From Eledone cirrhosa (taxonomy: Eukaryota): 64,000 bases of DNA. The translations under genes and the position numbers were made by a program. How positions within the stretch are numbered: the first letter of the stretch is position 1; every line of letters starts with the position of its first letter. The stretch spans positions 92,442,001 to 92,506,000 of the forward strand of contig OZ024747.1 in assembly GCA_964016885.1 (NCBI GenBank). The letters run 5' to 3'. A model generated the notes under the pieces. The model was given only the letters and a program-made list of their open reading frames with translations. It was not told where the DNA came from and ran no database searches. This document shows positions 12,371-23,432 of this stretch, piece after piece.

Positions 12371-12832
12371 CCTAAAATAGTCCTCAGTATTGTGTTGGGT
12401 CGTCAAATATTAAATTTGTAGAAATTTGTTTTTCTTCTACAAATTTCTACAAATTTCATACTTGACGACCAAATAATTATTATTTTCAGCTCCCCCCCCC
12501 CTCACCACCACACCCTATCAGTTTCACCAACCCTGTCCCTCCCCTCCCTTCCCTTTCTTTCTCGGCGTCACCTACCTCTTGCCTCTTCTTAATTCCTCTC
12601 TACACTTCTAGCAGATTACGCCTCGTTTCCCCACCCCTATATATATATATATGTGTGTGTATATATATGTGTGTGTGTGGTGTGTGTATGTATGTGTGTG
12701 TGTATATATATATGTGTATGTGTGTGTATATATATATGTGTGTGTGTGCATATATATATGTGTGTATGTGTGTATATATATATATATATATGTGTGTGTG
12801 CGTAGGTGTGTGTGTGTGTCTATGTATGTGTG

Positions 12833-12887
<55 letters not shown>

Positions 12888-15479
12888 ATAAGATTCACAT
12901 GAATTCAGCAGAGTACGTCTCAACTCAGCTTAATTGAAGTATAACTGACCAAAAAATTAATTGTATAATTACTGGTAGTTATAAATAATTAAAGCTTTCG
13001 ACATTTATCTGATGAGCAATAAAGCAGAAATAAAATGTCGATATGGTACATTAACTCTTAACATCCTGTGCCACATGAAACCACATCATAGAAAAGTACA
13101 AAACAGCTCTATGACTACATGACAGTGTTAACAAGGCAGTATCGGTAGAGGGTCGGACGCCATGTTTTGCAACACAGAGTTACGGCCCTTTATGATCTGA
13201 GTTCAAATCCCGCCTTTCATCCTTACAGGGTTGATAAAATAAAGTACCACTGGGATAATTGCTGGCCTTGTGCCAAAAAGTAGAAACAATTATTAACAAA
13301 TTGATGACTTTACTTTAGTTAACTGCAAATTTTCACAACGATCTGTCCTCGAGTAAAGGTATTATAAACATTTGAATTAACAAACCTGTTTTTAGATATT
13401 TTCTGCTGAATTATTACAGGATATTAAGAGTTAAAGAATATATGATTAATGATTTCTAATTTAGGCACAAGGCCAACAATTTGGAGTGAGGGGTAAGTCG
13501 ATTAAATCCCCCCCCCCCCCAGTGCATTACTTGTGCTTTATTTTATCGACCCCGTAATGTTGAAAGGCAAAGCTACCCCCACCGGGATTTGAACTCAGAA
13601 CGTAAAGCACCGTAACTATATGACGCAAAGCGTTTAGTCCGACGCTCTACCGACAACTGCTAATCTACCGCCCTTATGATTAATACCATCACTCAACTTC
13701 ACAATTCTCTACCACAATAATATTGTGTTTTTCTGTTCAGAGTCCTGTTAATATATAACAATCGATCTCGTGGCGTGTCCGAGTGTTCAAAAGTGTCCGA
13801 GCAGGACAAACCTACTGAAATGAGGGATTTTGTATCAACTAGGTCAACGTTTTTTTCTTGGAATTTCTGAATATCTTGTAAAGTACTCAACACAAAACTA
13901 GATTCAAAGGGAAATTGACTGTGTGATAAAAAGACACGCATGAACTTAAAGAAAATCTTAACCCATTTTGTTATAAATAGACTCAACAAGTAATTATAGA
14001 TAATTCTAAATAATTCGAAGTTGTGGTATTAGACTTTAGTAAAAATTGACTCAAGAGTTGAAACCAAAGAACTTCGACAAGTTTTAGAAGGCATCACAGT
14101 TAAAAGTGTCCATAGAAGATATTTTTTGTAATAGCAGTATAATTATGAACATTTAAGGATACAGGACTAGACCTCGAGAATACTGCAACTTTGACAAGAC
14201 AACAACGGCAACAAATTCAACAACAAAAATAACAACAACAGATTTTCAAAAAGACAAAGGGAAAACGAGATACAAGGTTAATCAATACCGCTACGTATTT
14301 TATTGAGATCAGAAAATTAACAAACAAAAAAATGAAAGGGTTAAAAAAATCGATTTTCATTGTAGGGATCAAATTTTTAAATATGAGACATTGAAACAAA
14401 CTATATTAAATGCTCTGTCTTGGAGTCATGACTACCGAAACTAAAACACTCTTCTTTCAGGTTTTTACCACCGGGTTTTGTCACAGCCCTTCTCAAGAGG
14501 CTTACCTTTTTACATCATCCATACACGGGATGAAAGGAAAATATCCATGAGAACTCGAGCACAGGTGACAAACAGGTCCATAGCCTCCAACATATATTAC
14601 CGTGTGACCATCGTAACTTACCCTAGTTTGTTATCTACCGAAACTAAAACATTCTTCTTTCAGGTTTTACCACCAGGCTGTCACATGTAATCACAGCCCT
14701 TCTAAACAGGCCTACATTCTTTTGTCCAGTGGTCGATTTGGCTGAGTCATGAGAGCATCGGATAGAACGCAATGCCATATTTGGGCCGGTTCTCTGCGCT
14801 CTACATTCAAATCCTGCCAAAGTCTACTTTCCTACTTTCGGTGGTCGATAAAGAAAGTATCAGCCAAGTACTGGTGCTGCCCTCTCTTCCTCTAGGTGTC
14901 ACATAGTGGATGGTCCACTAGGTCAATGGTGAGAGGGTGTCCGTGTCTGCTCGGGCACCTAAAACCATGGTAATGCTATCTTGTCGTCTTTGATTGTTAG
15001 TGGTGTGGCCATAGGTTACCATTAGAATATGATAGGATTAGTGGTTATGACAGGCGGCGAATCTAAGGTGTCTGTAAGTAAAAGTAAAAATCTAATTTAT
15101 CTGAGTGTACTTTCATAAGAAAACGAATAGCTGCACCATATTCAAAATGGTAAATTTCAACATACAATACAGCTTGCAACATTTATATACCATGTTGCTG
15201 AGATAAACAAGATTGAAAATAAAATATATGCAGAATAATACGGGGTTCATCTGCAAAGTTCATAGTCTGATTATGAAGGAGTAATGCTTGGGTTGTGAAA
15301 TCTTGCATGCATTAATTTCAAGTGTTCTTATTAATAACTTTTGTTTCTTTCCAAGGACTATATTGAAAAATAAACCTAATTTGGTAATTCCATGAAAGTA
15401 TCTTGGTCAGACTATGAACTGTTCAGCTTATGAACTTTTCGTAAAAGTAATGAAACAAATCAATTTTAAGTTAACTTAC

Positions 15480-15825
15480 TTCCCATGGGTCATCGTAAAG
15501 GCCGTAGATAGGAGCACGGTATGGTATTTCGGAGTATGACGATGTTGCTACTCCGTAAACTGGCCCACGATATGGTACCGCGGAGTATGTTGGCGTTGAT
15601 ACTTCGTAAACAGGAGTACGATACGGTATTTCGGAGTATGTTGGTGCTGATACTGAATAACTATCATAGACTCTGGCCTGAGGTTTCCTCGAATAAGAAA
15701 GGTCAATTGGTCGGTATGCTCTTTCAAGACGTTTTTTATAACTTAGTAGGTCTCTGTTTAATTCAGATATTTCATCAAATAATTTTGCATTCTTCATTCT
15801 GCTTTTATTCAGCGTAGACTGCATC
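15480..15825 (-). CDS. Internal coding exon: coiled-coil-like segment plus three 17-aa Tyr/Pro/Ser-rich repeats
   Basis: Acceptor cttcttttatttag|GATG at 15825, donor GAA|gtaagt at 15480; 346 nt open; non-microsatellite composition. Confidence 0.85.
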
Positions 15826-15981
15826 CTAAATAAAAGAAGCATAACAAGAGATGATATTTTTAGAAGAAAAAAATAAAATTAAAAATAGAGAATGGCCCAA
15901 AATTCACTAGACCATTTTAAAATATAACTTTTTACAATTAATTTTTTTAATTAAAAAGGGTTATTATATTTCGAAATAGTC

Positions 15982-16182
15982 TAGGTTAGATAAGAAGAAT
16001 TTAATTAAATTCCATTCTTTAACACATGTTTCAGTACAACATCAGTCTACGAGCGCTGATTGCATATTAATTATTATTAATATGTCCAATTGCTAGCAAT
16101 ACGTTAAATACTGCACTTCTAATACTGTACTGAAACAGGTGTTAAAGAATGGACTTTAATTAAATTCTTCTCATCTAACCTA
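15982..16182. repeat. Intronic fold-back (~56-bp arms)
   Basis: taggttagat..gaagaatttaattaaa.tccattctttaacac.tgtttcagtaca pairs with tgtactgaaacaggtgttaaagaatggactttaattaaattcttctcatctaaccta. Confidence 0.8.
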
Positions 16183-16547
16183 TACTTCATGACTAATCGT
16201 TTGTTTTTCCTATACATTTGAATATATAATTACTCTGTGATCTTCCACCTGGATACTGTACATTGATCTCTCATTTGGACTATTACCATACCTTTTGCAA
16301 GGACCATGTCGAGAAGAATACTTTGGTAAACAATCTTACTTGTTTATTTTTGTTTCTACACTGATCCACACAAACAAATTTTAACCGTACATATCTTCGT
16401 ATATATATATATATATATATGCGAGAAAATCCACAAACTCCCCATCTCAATTCTGCTTTTGAAAAGCATAAGAACTGTGAAACTGGTAAAGGAAACAAAT
16501 AAATATTCTTAAAAAGACTCCAGTTTCATTTTCGATTTCTTTTCCTT

Positions 16548-16635
<88 letters not shown>

Positions 16636-16968
16636 AGTTATATGCTTTGTTGATGAATATTCAACAGAGTTAAGTTTATACAGATATGAAGTACTCTACA
16701 GTAGTTTTATCTGGAGTATTATAATATTAATAATATTAATAAATGGAAAATATCTTTATAACAACATACATATTTTATTATACATATGTTGTTATAAAGA
16801 TATTTTTTCTTTTATCTATATTCTTTCTTCCTCTTCCTTACCTTTTCCTTCCACCCTTCCTTTCCTTTTTCCCCAATCTCATATATCCATCTTATTTTAT
16901 TTTTCATATGTTGATTTAACACTTCACTGCTCGCAAGTGTTTTTTGAGCTTCATATCATGTCTCCCTA

Positions 16969-17035
16969 TTTTATCTGATGAGAACGCAAATATCATCCCA
17001 TGATGATATTTGTTTTTGAAATGCGCATAATAAAA
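16969..17035 (+). ncRNA. Type I hammerhead ribozyme motif (best-preserved copy) in a Penelope-like remnant at 16630-17070
   Basis: ttttat-CTGATGA(16975-16981)-helix II caaatatcatc/gatgatatttg-GAAA(17018-17021)-palindrome TGCGCA-TA-ataaaa. Confidence 0.85.
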
Positions 17036-17067
17036 CACATGGAACTCTTTTAACCATCTTTTGATTT

Positions 17068-17148
<81 letters not shown>

Positions 17149-17246
17149 TTTCACAAGATGAATCTCTTTCTGAATACAGCGACTATTTCTCCATTGTTGA
17201 CTTTGAAGCTCCTCCAGAATGGCAAAGATCATCTTGTAAATCATAA

Positions 17247-17807
17247 CTATAATAAAGAGAGGAGTGCAGGACTGTGTCCTGAATATATTTTTTTATCCCG
17301 TTAGTAAAATAAGTCGGATTACTTTGAATAAATAATGAATGAATATTACATAATTTACGTACTAAATTTTGTAGCTGTTGATTAAACATAAATATTCTTT
17401 TATATAATTATTGCTTATTTTAAGATTCAATTCTTTAAAAAATTTCAAATGTCAATACTTCCGGTAACAGATGCTATATCACATCACTTATATAAACGTT
17501 TATATATTTACATCGTTATATCACAACGTTTATATTTCTGTCGCTAATTTTCTCCTTTTTTGTTTTCATTACATTTTCACCGTAATGCAGTTTATATATA
17601 ATATCGTCTTTTTTAAATGTATCATTGATTACTTTACTGATTAATGAAGAGAGTGTAACACAGTCTCTCTTCACTGTCTGTGTATATTGTCAATTACGAT
17701 TTTATTTGACGTATCATATCTACATGTATATATATTTGCGTATAATATCAATATGCACACAACACATACTAGCAGAAAACCACCGAAAGGGTGGTTTTTC
17801 TGCTAGT
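17247..17807 (+). mobile_element. Non-autonomous Helitron-like element, copy 1
   Basis: Starts ctataataaagag; ends with hairpin aaaaccacc-gaaag-ggtggtttt then CTAG|T. Highly similar to 20224-20790. Confidence 0.75.
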
Positions 17808-17832
17808 ATTCTATAACTATAGAGACACTTAC

Positions 17833-17873
17833 ATTTCCTTGTCCTCATGGAGGCTTCTAAGACACCGACTCAT
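17833..17873 (-). CDS. First coding exon portion (MSRCLRSLHEDKE-M); full exon 17956-17833 includes 5' UTR
   Basis: Acceptor caattttgttag| at 17956; accATG at 17873 preceded by an in-frame TAA; donor AT|gtaagt in phase 2 joins G at 15825 to make ATG. Confidence 0.65.
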
Positions 17874-17987
17874 GGTTAATCGTAAACTGTTGGTGCTGGA
17901 CTTTGGTGGATCTTCTTATACTTCTCCACTCAAACTTCCTCTGATGAATCTCTTCACTAACAAAATTGAACAGAATGTTTTAGGTAT

Positions 17988-18168
17988 TACAGTGAAATTC
18001 CGTTATAATGAAATTCACGGGGTAGAAAAAAGATTCGAAAAATTCATTATAACGAGATCAATCGAAACAAATCGAACGTTTGTTTGTTATTACATCGGGG
18101 ATTGAAAACATTTCGTTACACTGAAAAATTCGTTATAATGGTATTCGTTAGAACGGAATGTGAACTAC
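17988..18168. mobile_element. pogo-type MITE
   Basis: TA|cagtgaaattccgttataatgaa left end, repeated ttcgtta motifs, degenerate right end ttcgttagaacggaatgtgaacta. Confidence 0.55.
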
Positions 18169-18260
18169 AACAATGTTTATGCTGCTGTGTTTATGTGAGT
18201 ACATGCGAGTACACATTACATGCATCTGTACGTGTGCAGGGAGGGGTGGGGTGGACGTTA

Positions 18261-18462
18261 AATGATAATGATGATGGCGATGGTGATGATGATGGTGATG
18301 GTGATGATGAGGGTGAGGGTGGTGATGATGATGGTGATGATGATGGTGATGATGATGGTGACGATGATGGTGATGATGATGGTGATGATGATGGTGACGA
18401 TGATGGTGATGATGGTCATGATGATGGTCATGATGATGGTGGTGAGGATGATGATGATGATG
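18261..18462. repeat. (GAT/GGT)n trinucleotide microsatellite
   Basis: Direct reading; produces the poly-D/poly-M ORFs. Confidence 0.95.
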
Positions 18463-18727
18463 TCTTTGAATGAAAGAAACTCTTGCACGATTTTTTGTTT
18501 GATCTGAAAAACAAGTCTGCTAATAGCTGTAGTTTATTCACAACTGTCTTGTCAAGATGTTTGAAATCTTAAACGATAAAATTGGAAGTTGTTACATTTT
18601 AAAATCCCTAAATGTTTTACATGTTCTGTTTATAACAATTTTCTGTCCACCGGGGCTGTAGGTGGGCCTCATCGCGTACCGTTGTAGTTGTTGTATACAG
18701 ATATTAACTCATCAATTCCATTGTCCT

Positions 18728-18782
<55 letters not shown>

Positions 18783-18911
18783 AAAGTTCTATTTAAATTG
18801 TTGGGATACAACAAGCAAATATTTTTATAACTGATATAAAGCACTCGACAAGTATTTGGAGTAAATATACGATATTAACAAATGGAAACTATATTTATAA
18901 AACCATATCTA

Positions 18912-18968
18912 TTTTATTATACATATTTCAAGGATACCATGTTAAATTATGGTATGCTTTCATCAGAT
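18912..18968 (-). ncRNA. Hammerhead motif, 5' helix I truncated by (TA)n
   Basis: Minus strand: at-CTGATGA-aagcataccat-aatttaac-atggtatcctt-GAAA-TATGTA-TA-ataaaa. Lies in a Penelope-like end (18790-18968) related to 60925-61072. Confidence 0.65.
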
Positions 18969-19699
18969 ATATATATATTTAAATTTTTACTAATATTAAA
19001 TTGATTTCTTTTATTTCTTTTATGAAACTACACAAATCTTAATATGCGGTACAAAGACTTATTGAACGAAACGTGATCATTTAAGTTAATGTGAAAAGAT
19101 CCTTGAATATAAACCCAAGCCATAGATTAGAATTCAACTATAAATTTCTTTTGAACTTCAATTTCATCATAAAATCGTTGCCTTTTACGTTCTCTGTGCT
19201 GTTTATTCCGTATTTAAACCACATTTTAAAGTCATATTCTACTGCATCATTCTCAATCGGTTTGAATTACCTAATTCAATTTCACATGCTTTTTTGGGGG
19301 GCTTTTTTTGCATATTTTAGCTTAGCTAGCTAGACGAATAGATATGTTTCTTTGCCAGCCAGACAGACAGGCAGATAGACAGGTCATATACGCAGGTAGG
19401 TAAGTAGGTAGATAGATAGCTATAGAAAGAGTGAGGAGAAAGAGAGAGAGGGGGTAGAAAGAAAGAAAGAAATTGGACAGAAAGAAGCGAGAGAGTGGGA
19501 GAGCAGGCGAGGAAACAGACATGACAACAAAGAAAAAGAAAATGATAAAAATTTATAAATAATGAAGTGAACATGAAGATAAGATGGAGTGGGTGGGAGA
19601 GTAAACTATTCCTTCGCCTACTCTGTTGGAGAAGAGTTGGCAAATATCTCTGACTTCTTTCTAATTTCGTAATTTAATTTATTCAACATTCCACAAAGT

Positions 19700-20200
19700 G
19701 CAGGAGTTGGTGCAGTAATGCGTCAGCTTCAGCAGTCAGAAGAATGGAGGTAGGCGTAAAAGCCAAACTTGGTGTCTTCAATTCGGTTTTCGTGCCAACC
19801 CTTACCTATAGTCATGAATCCTGAGTAATGACCGAAAGAATACAACAGCGAATAGAACGGGGATCCTCCGAGGGATCTTGAAGTAAGGTTACTCGATAAA
19901 GTGCGTAGCTAGCACGAAGATCAGAGAGTCACTCCAGGTAGAGCTGCTACTTCTCCGAATTAAGAGATCACAGCTCCGATACTATTGGCATGTGGTTAGA
20001 ATGTCTCAGGAAAGAATCGTTGGACTGATATTACAGACAAAACTAACAGGTAGGAGACCTAGGGGTAGACCCCGAGCAAGATGGTTGGATAACATCCATG
20101 AGCTTGGCTGGCCACTCTCGAGGATCCAGGCGGATCAGTTAGAGACAGTTGCTTCTGACAAGATCTGCTGGAATAAGTGGGCGAAGAAGAAGAAGAAGAA
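19700..20200 (+). mobile_element. RTE-clade LINE 3' fragment (decayed ORF2 C-terminus)
   Basis: Frames give AKLGVFNSVFVPTLTY, LLLRIKRSQLR, HVVRMSQERI and GRRPRGRPRARWLDNI; (GAA)n tail. Confidence 0.9.
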
Positions 20201-20223
20201 TGTAAGGACAGAGATAATGATAA

Positions 20224-20790
20224 TATAATAAAGAGAGGAGTGCAGGACTATGTCCTGAATATATTTTTTTATCCCGTTAGTAAAATAAGTTGGATTACTT
20301 TGAATAAATAAATAATGAATATTACATAACTTATGTACTAAATTTCGTAGCTGTTGATTAAACATAAATATTCTATTATATAATGATTGTTTATTTTAAG
20401 ATTTACTTCTTTTAAAATTTTCAAATGTCAATACTTCCGGTTATGATATAACCTACACTATATCATATCGCTAATTTAAACGTTCATATATTTGTATCGT
20501 TATATCATAAAATTTATATTTCCGTCGCTAATTTTTTCCTTTTTCGTTTTCATTACATTCCACCGTAATGCAGTTTATATTTAATGTCATCTTTTTTAAA
20601 TATATCATGGATTACTTTACTGATTAATGAAGAGAGTGTAACACAGTCTCTCTTCAATTTCTGTGCATATTCTCAATTACGATTTTATTTGACGTATCAT
20701 ATCTACATGTATATATATTTGCGTATAATATCAATGTGCACACTACACATGCTAGCAGAAAACCACCGAAAGGGTGGTTTTTCTGCTAGT
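20224..20790 (+). mobile_element. Non-autonomous Helitron-like element, copy 2
   Basis: Same sequence as 17247-17807 with the same terminal hairpin and CTAG|T. Confidence 0.75.
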
Positions 20791-21134
20791 CCCTATGAGT
20801 CCTCTATTAAGTTTGATAATGAGCCTTTCATTGTTCAATCAATTGAATGTCTACTTCATGAATTTATGTGTAAATGATTGAGTCTTCTACAGACATATGA
20901 ACACTTAACTTAATTCTCAAGCTAAATCAGTGTGACAAAATATATGACAAGGCTGGAACTTTGAAATGCAGGTACAATCGATCCAAAGACCTTCCACAAA
21001 GTTTTCCTTTTCCCAATTTCATTTACAAACTATATTTCATTGTTGCTGATGCAGATATTTACGTTGGATTTCAGATTTTACTCTGTTTTCATCGTTAGCC
21101 TCATTGTGTCTATCTCAGTCTTTATCTTTTTTTT

Positions 21135-21478
21135 TGTTAGGCCCCACTCGGTCACGAATGACCATGGGTTTGTACCTAGAAAGTTTCCCCTCTAAAGCTC
21201 AAGCCTGGACAAGGTTTGTTTTATGGAAGACCAGTAGTCACCCATGCATACCAGTCTCCCCTTCTCCACGCCACCGATGTTGTCCAAGGGAAAAGCAATG
21301 GCCAATACAGCTTGGCACCAGTGACGTCGCAACTCATTTCTACAGCTGAGTAAACTGGAGCAACGTGAAATAAAGTGTCTTGCTCAAGGACACAACGTTT
21401 CATCCGGTCGGAGAATCGAACTCACAACCTCTCAATTGCAAGCCCAATGCTCTAACCACTAAGCCATGCGTCTTCACA
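21135..21478 (-). mobile_element. tRNA-derived SINE
   Basis: Reverse-complement head tgaagacgcatggcttagtggttagagc...gagttcgattc (A and B boxes); body shared with 670-810. Confidence 0.8.
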
Positions 21479-22764
21479 AGTCTATGTACCGATATATCTC
21501 CATTTTTGCCTATCTCTAACTCTATTTCTATATCGAGCATATATCTGTATTAACTGCCACCTTTGTCAACTACTCAACACATAAAAATCATTTGCAGCCA
21601 ACCAAAACATAGGTAAGATGAGTAGATGTATAAATGCTATGTTTCAAACCTAGCAGATATATGTATCAGTTGCTAGTTGATATTACCTACCTGCACTGAA
21701 ACTGAGGCAAGGTAGCTTTAGATTTTAGATTGCCCTACCTCAGCACTATCAGCTGTATGTAAGATAGTGTTTAATGATCAGGCGTGGCATCTGTTAAGAG
21801 AGGAAGCAGCTGGTGGTAAGGATAAGATGAATATCAGTAGTAAGACGGACAATACAGCAAACCATTACACACCAGCTTCCATTGCTAGAATTATCAATTA
21901 AAAAAGAACTATTTTAAGATACTGTTATTAAACACACTGAACATATAAAGTATAGGATGTCTTAAAAAACTGAGAAAACATAAAAGTATTTGCCTGTTTG
22001 CTTTTTATTTTCTTTTTCTATTTATTTATCTGCCTATCTGTTATATTTAATAAAGTATATATATACTTAAATAACATTACAAATTGCTCGCAACTCTTTC
22101 AGAATAACATTAGAAATATAATGATTTCTAGTATAGACACAAGGCCACTAATTTAGGGGGAGGGGAAAATCGATTAAATCGACCCCAGTACCTTACTGGT
22201 GCTTTATTTTACCGACTCTGTAAGGATGAAATCCTCGGCGGGATTTGAACTCAAACCGTAAAGGTGTGCAAAGCATGGTGTCCGACTGCCAATACCAATT
22301 CTGCCAGTCGTTGGTAAATACAAATATAAACGCATATAACAAATTCAATTAACTATCAACAACATTTTTAATAGATGAAATGGATGTAAATGATACGAGA
22401 TTTTAAAATATATAATATTGTTTTGTAACTTACACCCAGTGTCGGATTTACCACTGTGTTTAGGTGTTCTTGAACACAGGGTCCCGTTGGCCAGGAGAAC
22501 CTATTTTCCTGCCAAAAAATCTTTTTACCTCCTTCAGGGAACAAGTAAAGTGCCTCATAACTTAATTAGCACAGGTCCTCATTTGTCCTAAATCCGGCAT
22601 AGCTTTCACCTATGACCATATATATTGAAGATGAGAACGATCGAACATATTGACGGACCACTGCTTCAGTTGTACTTAATTAATCGACCTCGGGTGAATA
22701 AATAAAAGATAAAGTTGATGTCAGAAAATTCATATTTAAGTATCACAAATCTGACTCTACCCGT

Positions 22765-22930
22765 GGGCCTCGCGAGCTGGAATGGCTTTTCCAACGCGTA
22801 TCCATCACTATCGTCCGGGGAAACGCATTCTCTATTCTGTCCGCTGGAGCCGCGGGGCGTACAGCGCGTGGGCCCCCATAAGAGATGGAGAGAGCGAGAG
22901 AGAGAGAGACGGAGGAAGTGGGTGAAAGTG
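22765..22930 (+). mobile_element. CRE-clade non-LTR retrotransposon 3' fragment
   Basis: Encodes PRELEWLFQRVSITIVRGNAFSILS; homologous to 47620-47955 and 59925-60225. Confidence 0.75.
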
Positions 22931-23104
22931 AGAGAACATCAACACTTATTTACTTAGTTATTTGTATTTATTTTATATATTATTTATATATATTCATTAC
23001 CCCTTTTTAAGAATACATTTTATTGATAACTTATTGTTGCTCCGAATAAGCTTTTACATAAATAAGCCCTCAAGGCATGTTCCCAGAGAACTACGTATAT
23101 GTGT

Positions 23105-23432
23105 AAACCTGCCTACTTCTAAAAACCCAAACGGAGAATTCCATGAATAAAAGTGCCTCCAAACGGGGAGAAATGAGGCAAAATGGGGAGATTTTACATA
23201 ATGAAAGCTATACCCATTTTCACAAGAGAAGACATCCCTCACCCACCCCAATGTGGATGGGAGATCTCCCCGTCGGACGGAGAGAGTTGACAGGTCTGCG
23301 CAGAAATGAACGTACTATTTCCCTTCAGTCTATTTGTAATAGAACCAACCCACCGTCTAACGAGGAGATCTCCCGCCCACTTTGAGGTGGGTGAGAGATG
23401 TCCCCGTCAGACGGGGAGGGTCGACAAGTCAG
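23105..23432. mobile_element. MITE with duplicated right end; second copy at 53180-53372
   Basis: Shared 'aaaatggggagattttacataatgaaagctataccca.tttcacaagagaagacatc'; ends cctgcc../gttgacaggtc. Confidence 0.7.

Noticed and set aside
12608-12902. His/Thr/Tyr- or Cys/Val-rich ORFs here and at 8802, 50114, 58399, 59056 and 61298
   Set aside because: Translations of (TA)n, (CA)n and (TG)n microsatellites.
12998-13041. Hammerhead-like cgacatttatCTGATGAgcaataaagcaGAAAtaaaatgtcg
   Set aside because: No helix III segment and only a 2-bp helix II; at best a degenerate remnant.
18084-18507. Asp-rich or Met-rich ORFs (shell-matrix- or reflectin-like)
   Set aside because: Pure (GAT/GGT)n microsatellite with no splice context, signal peptide or reflectin motif.
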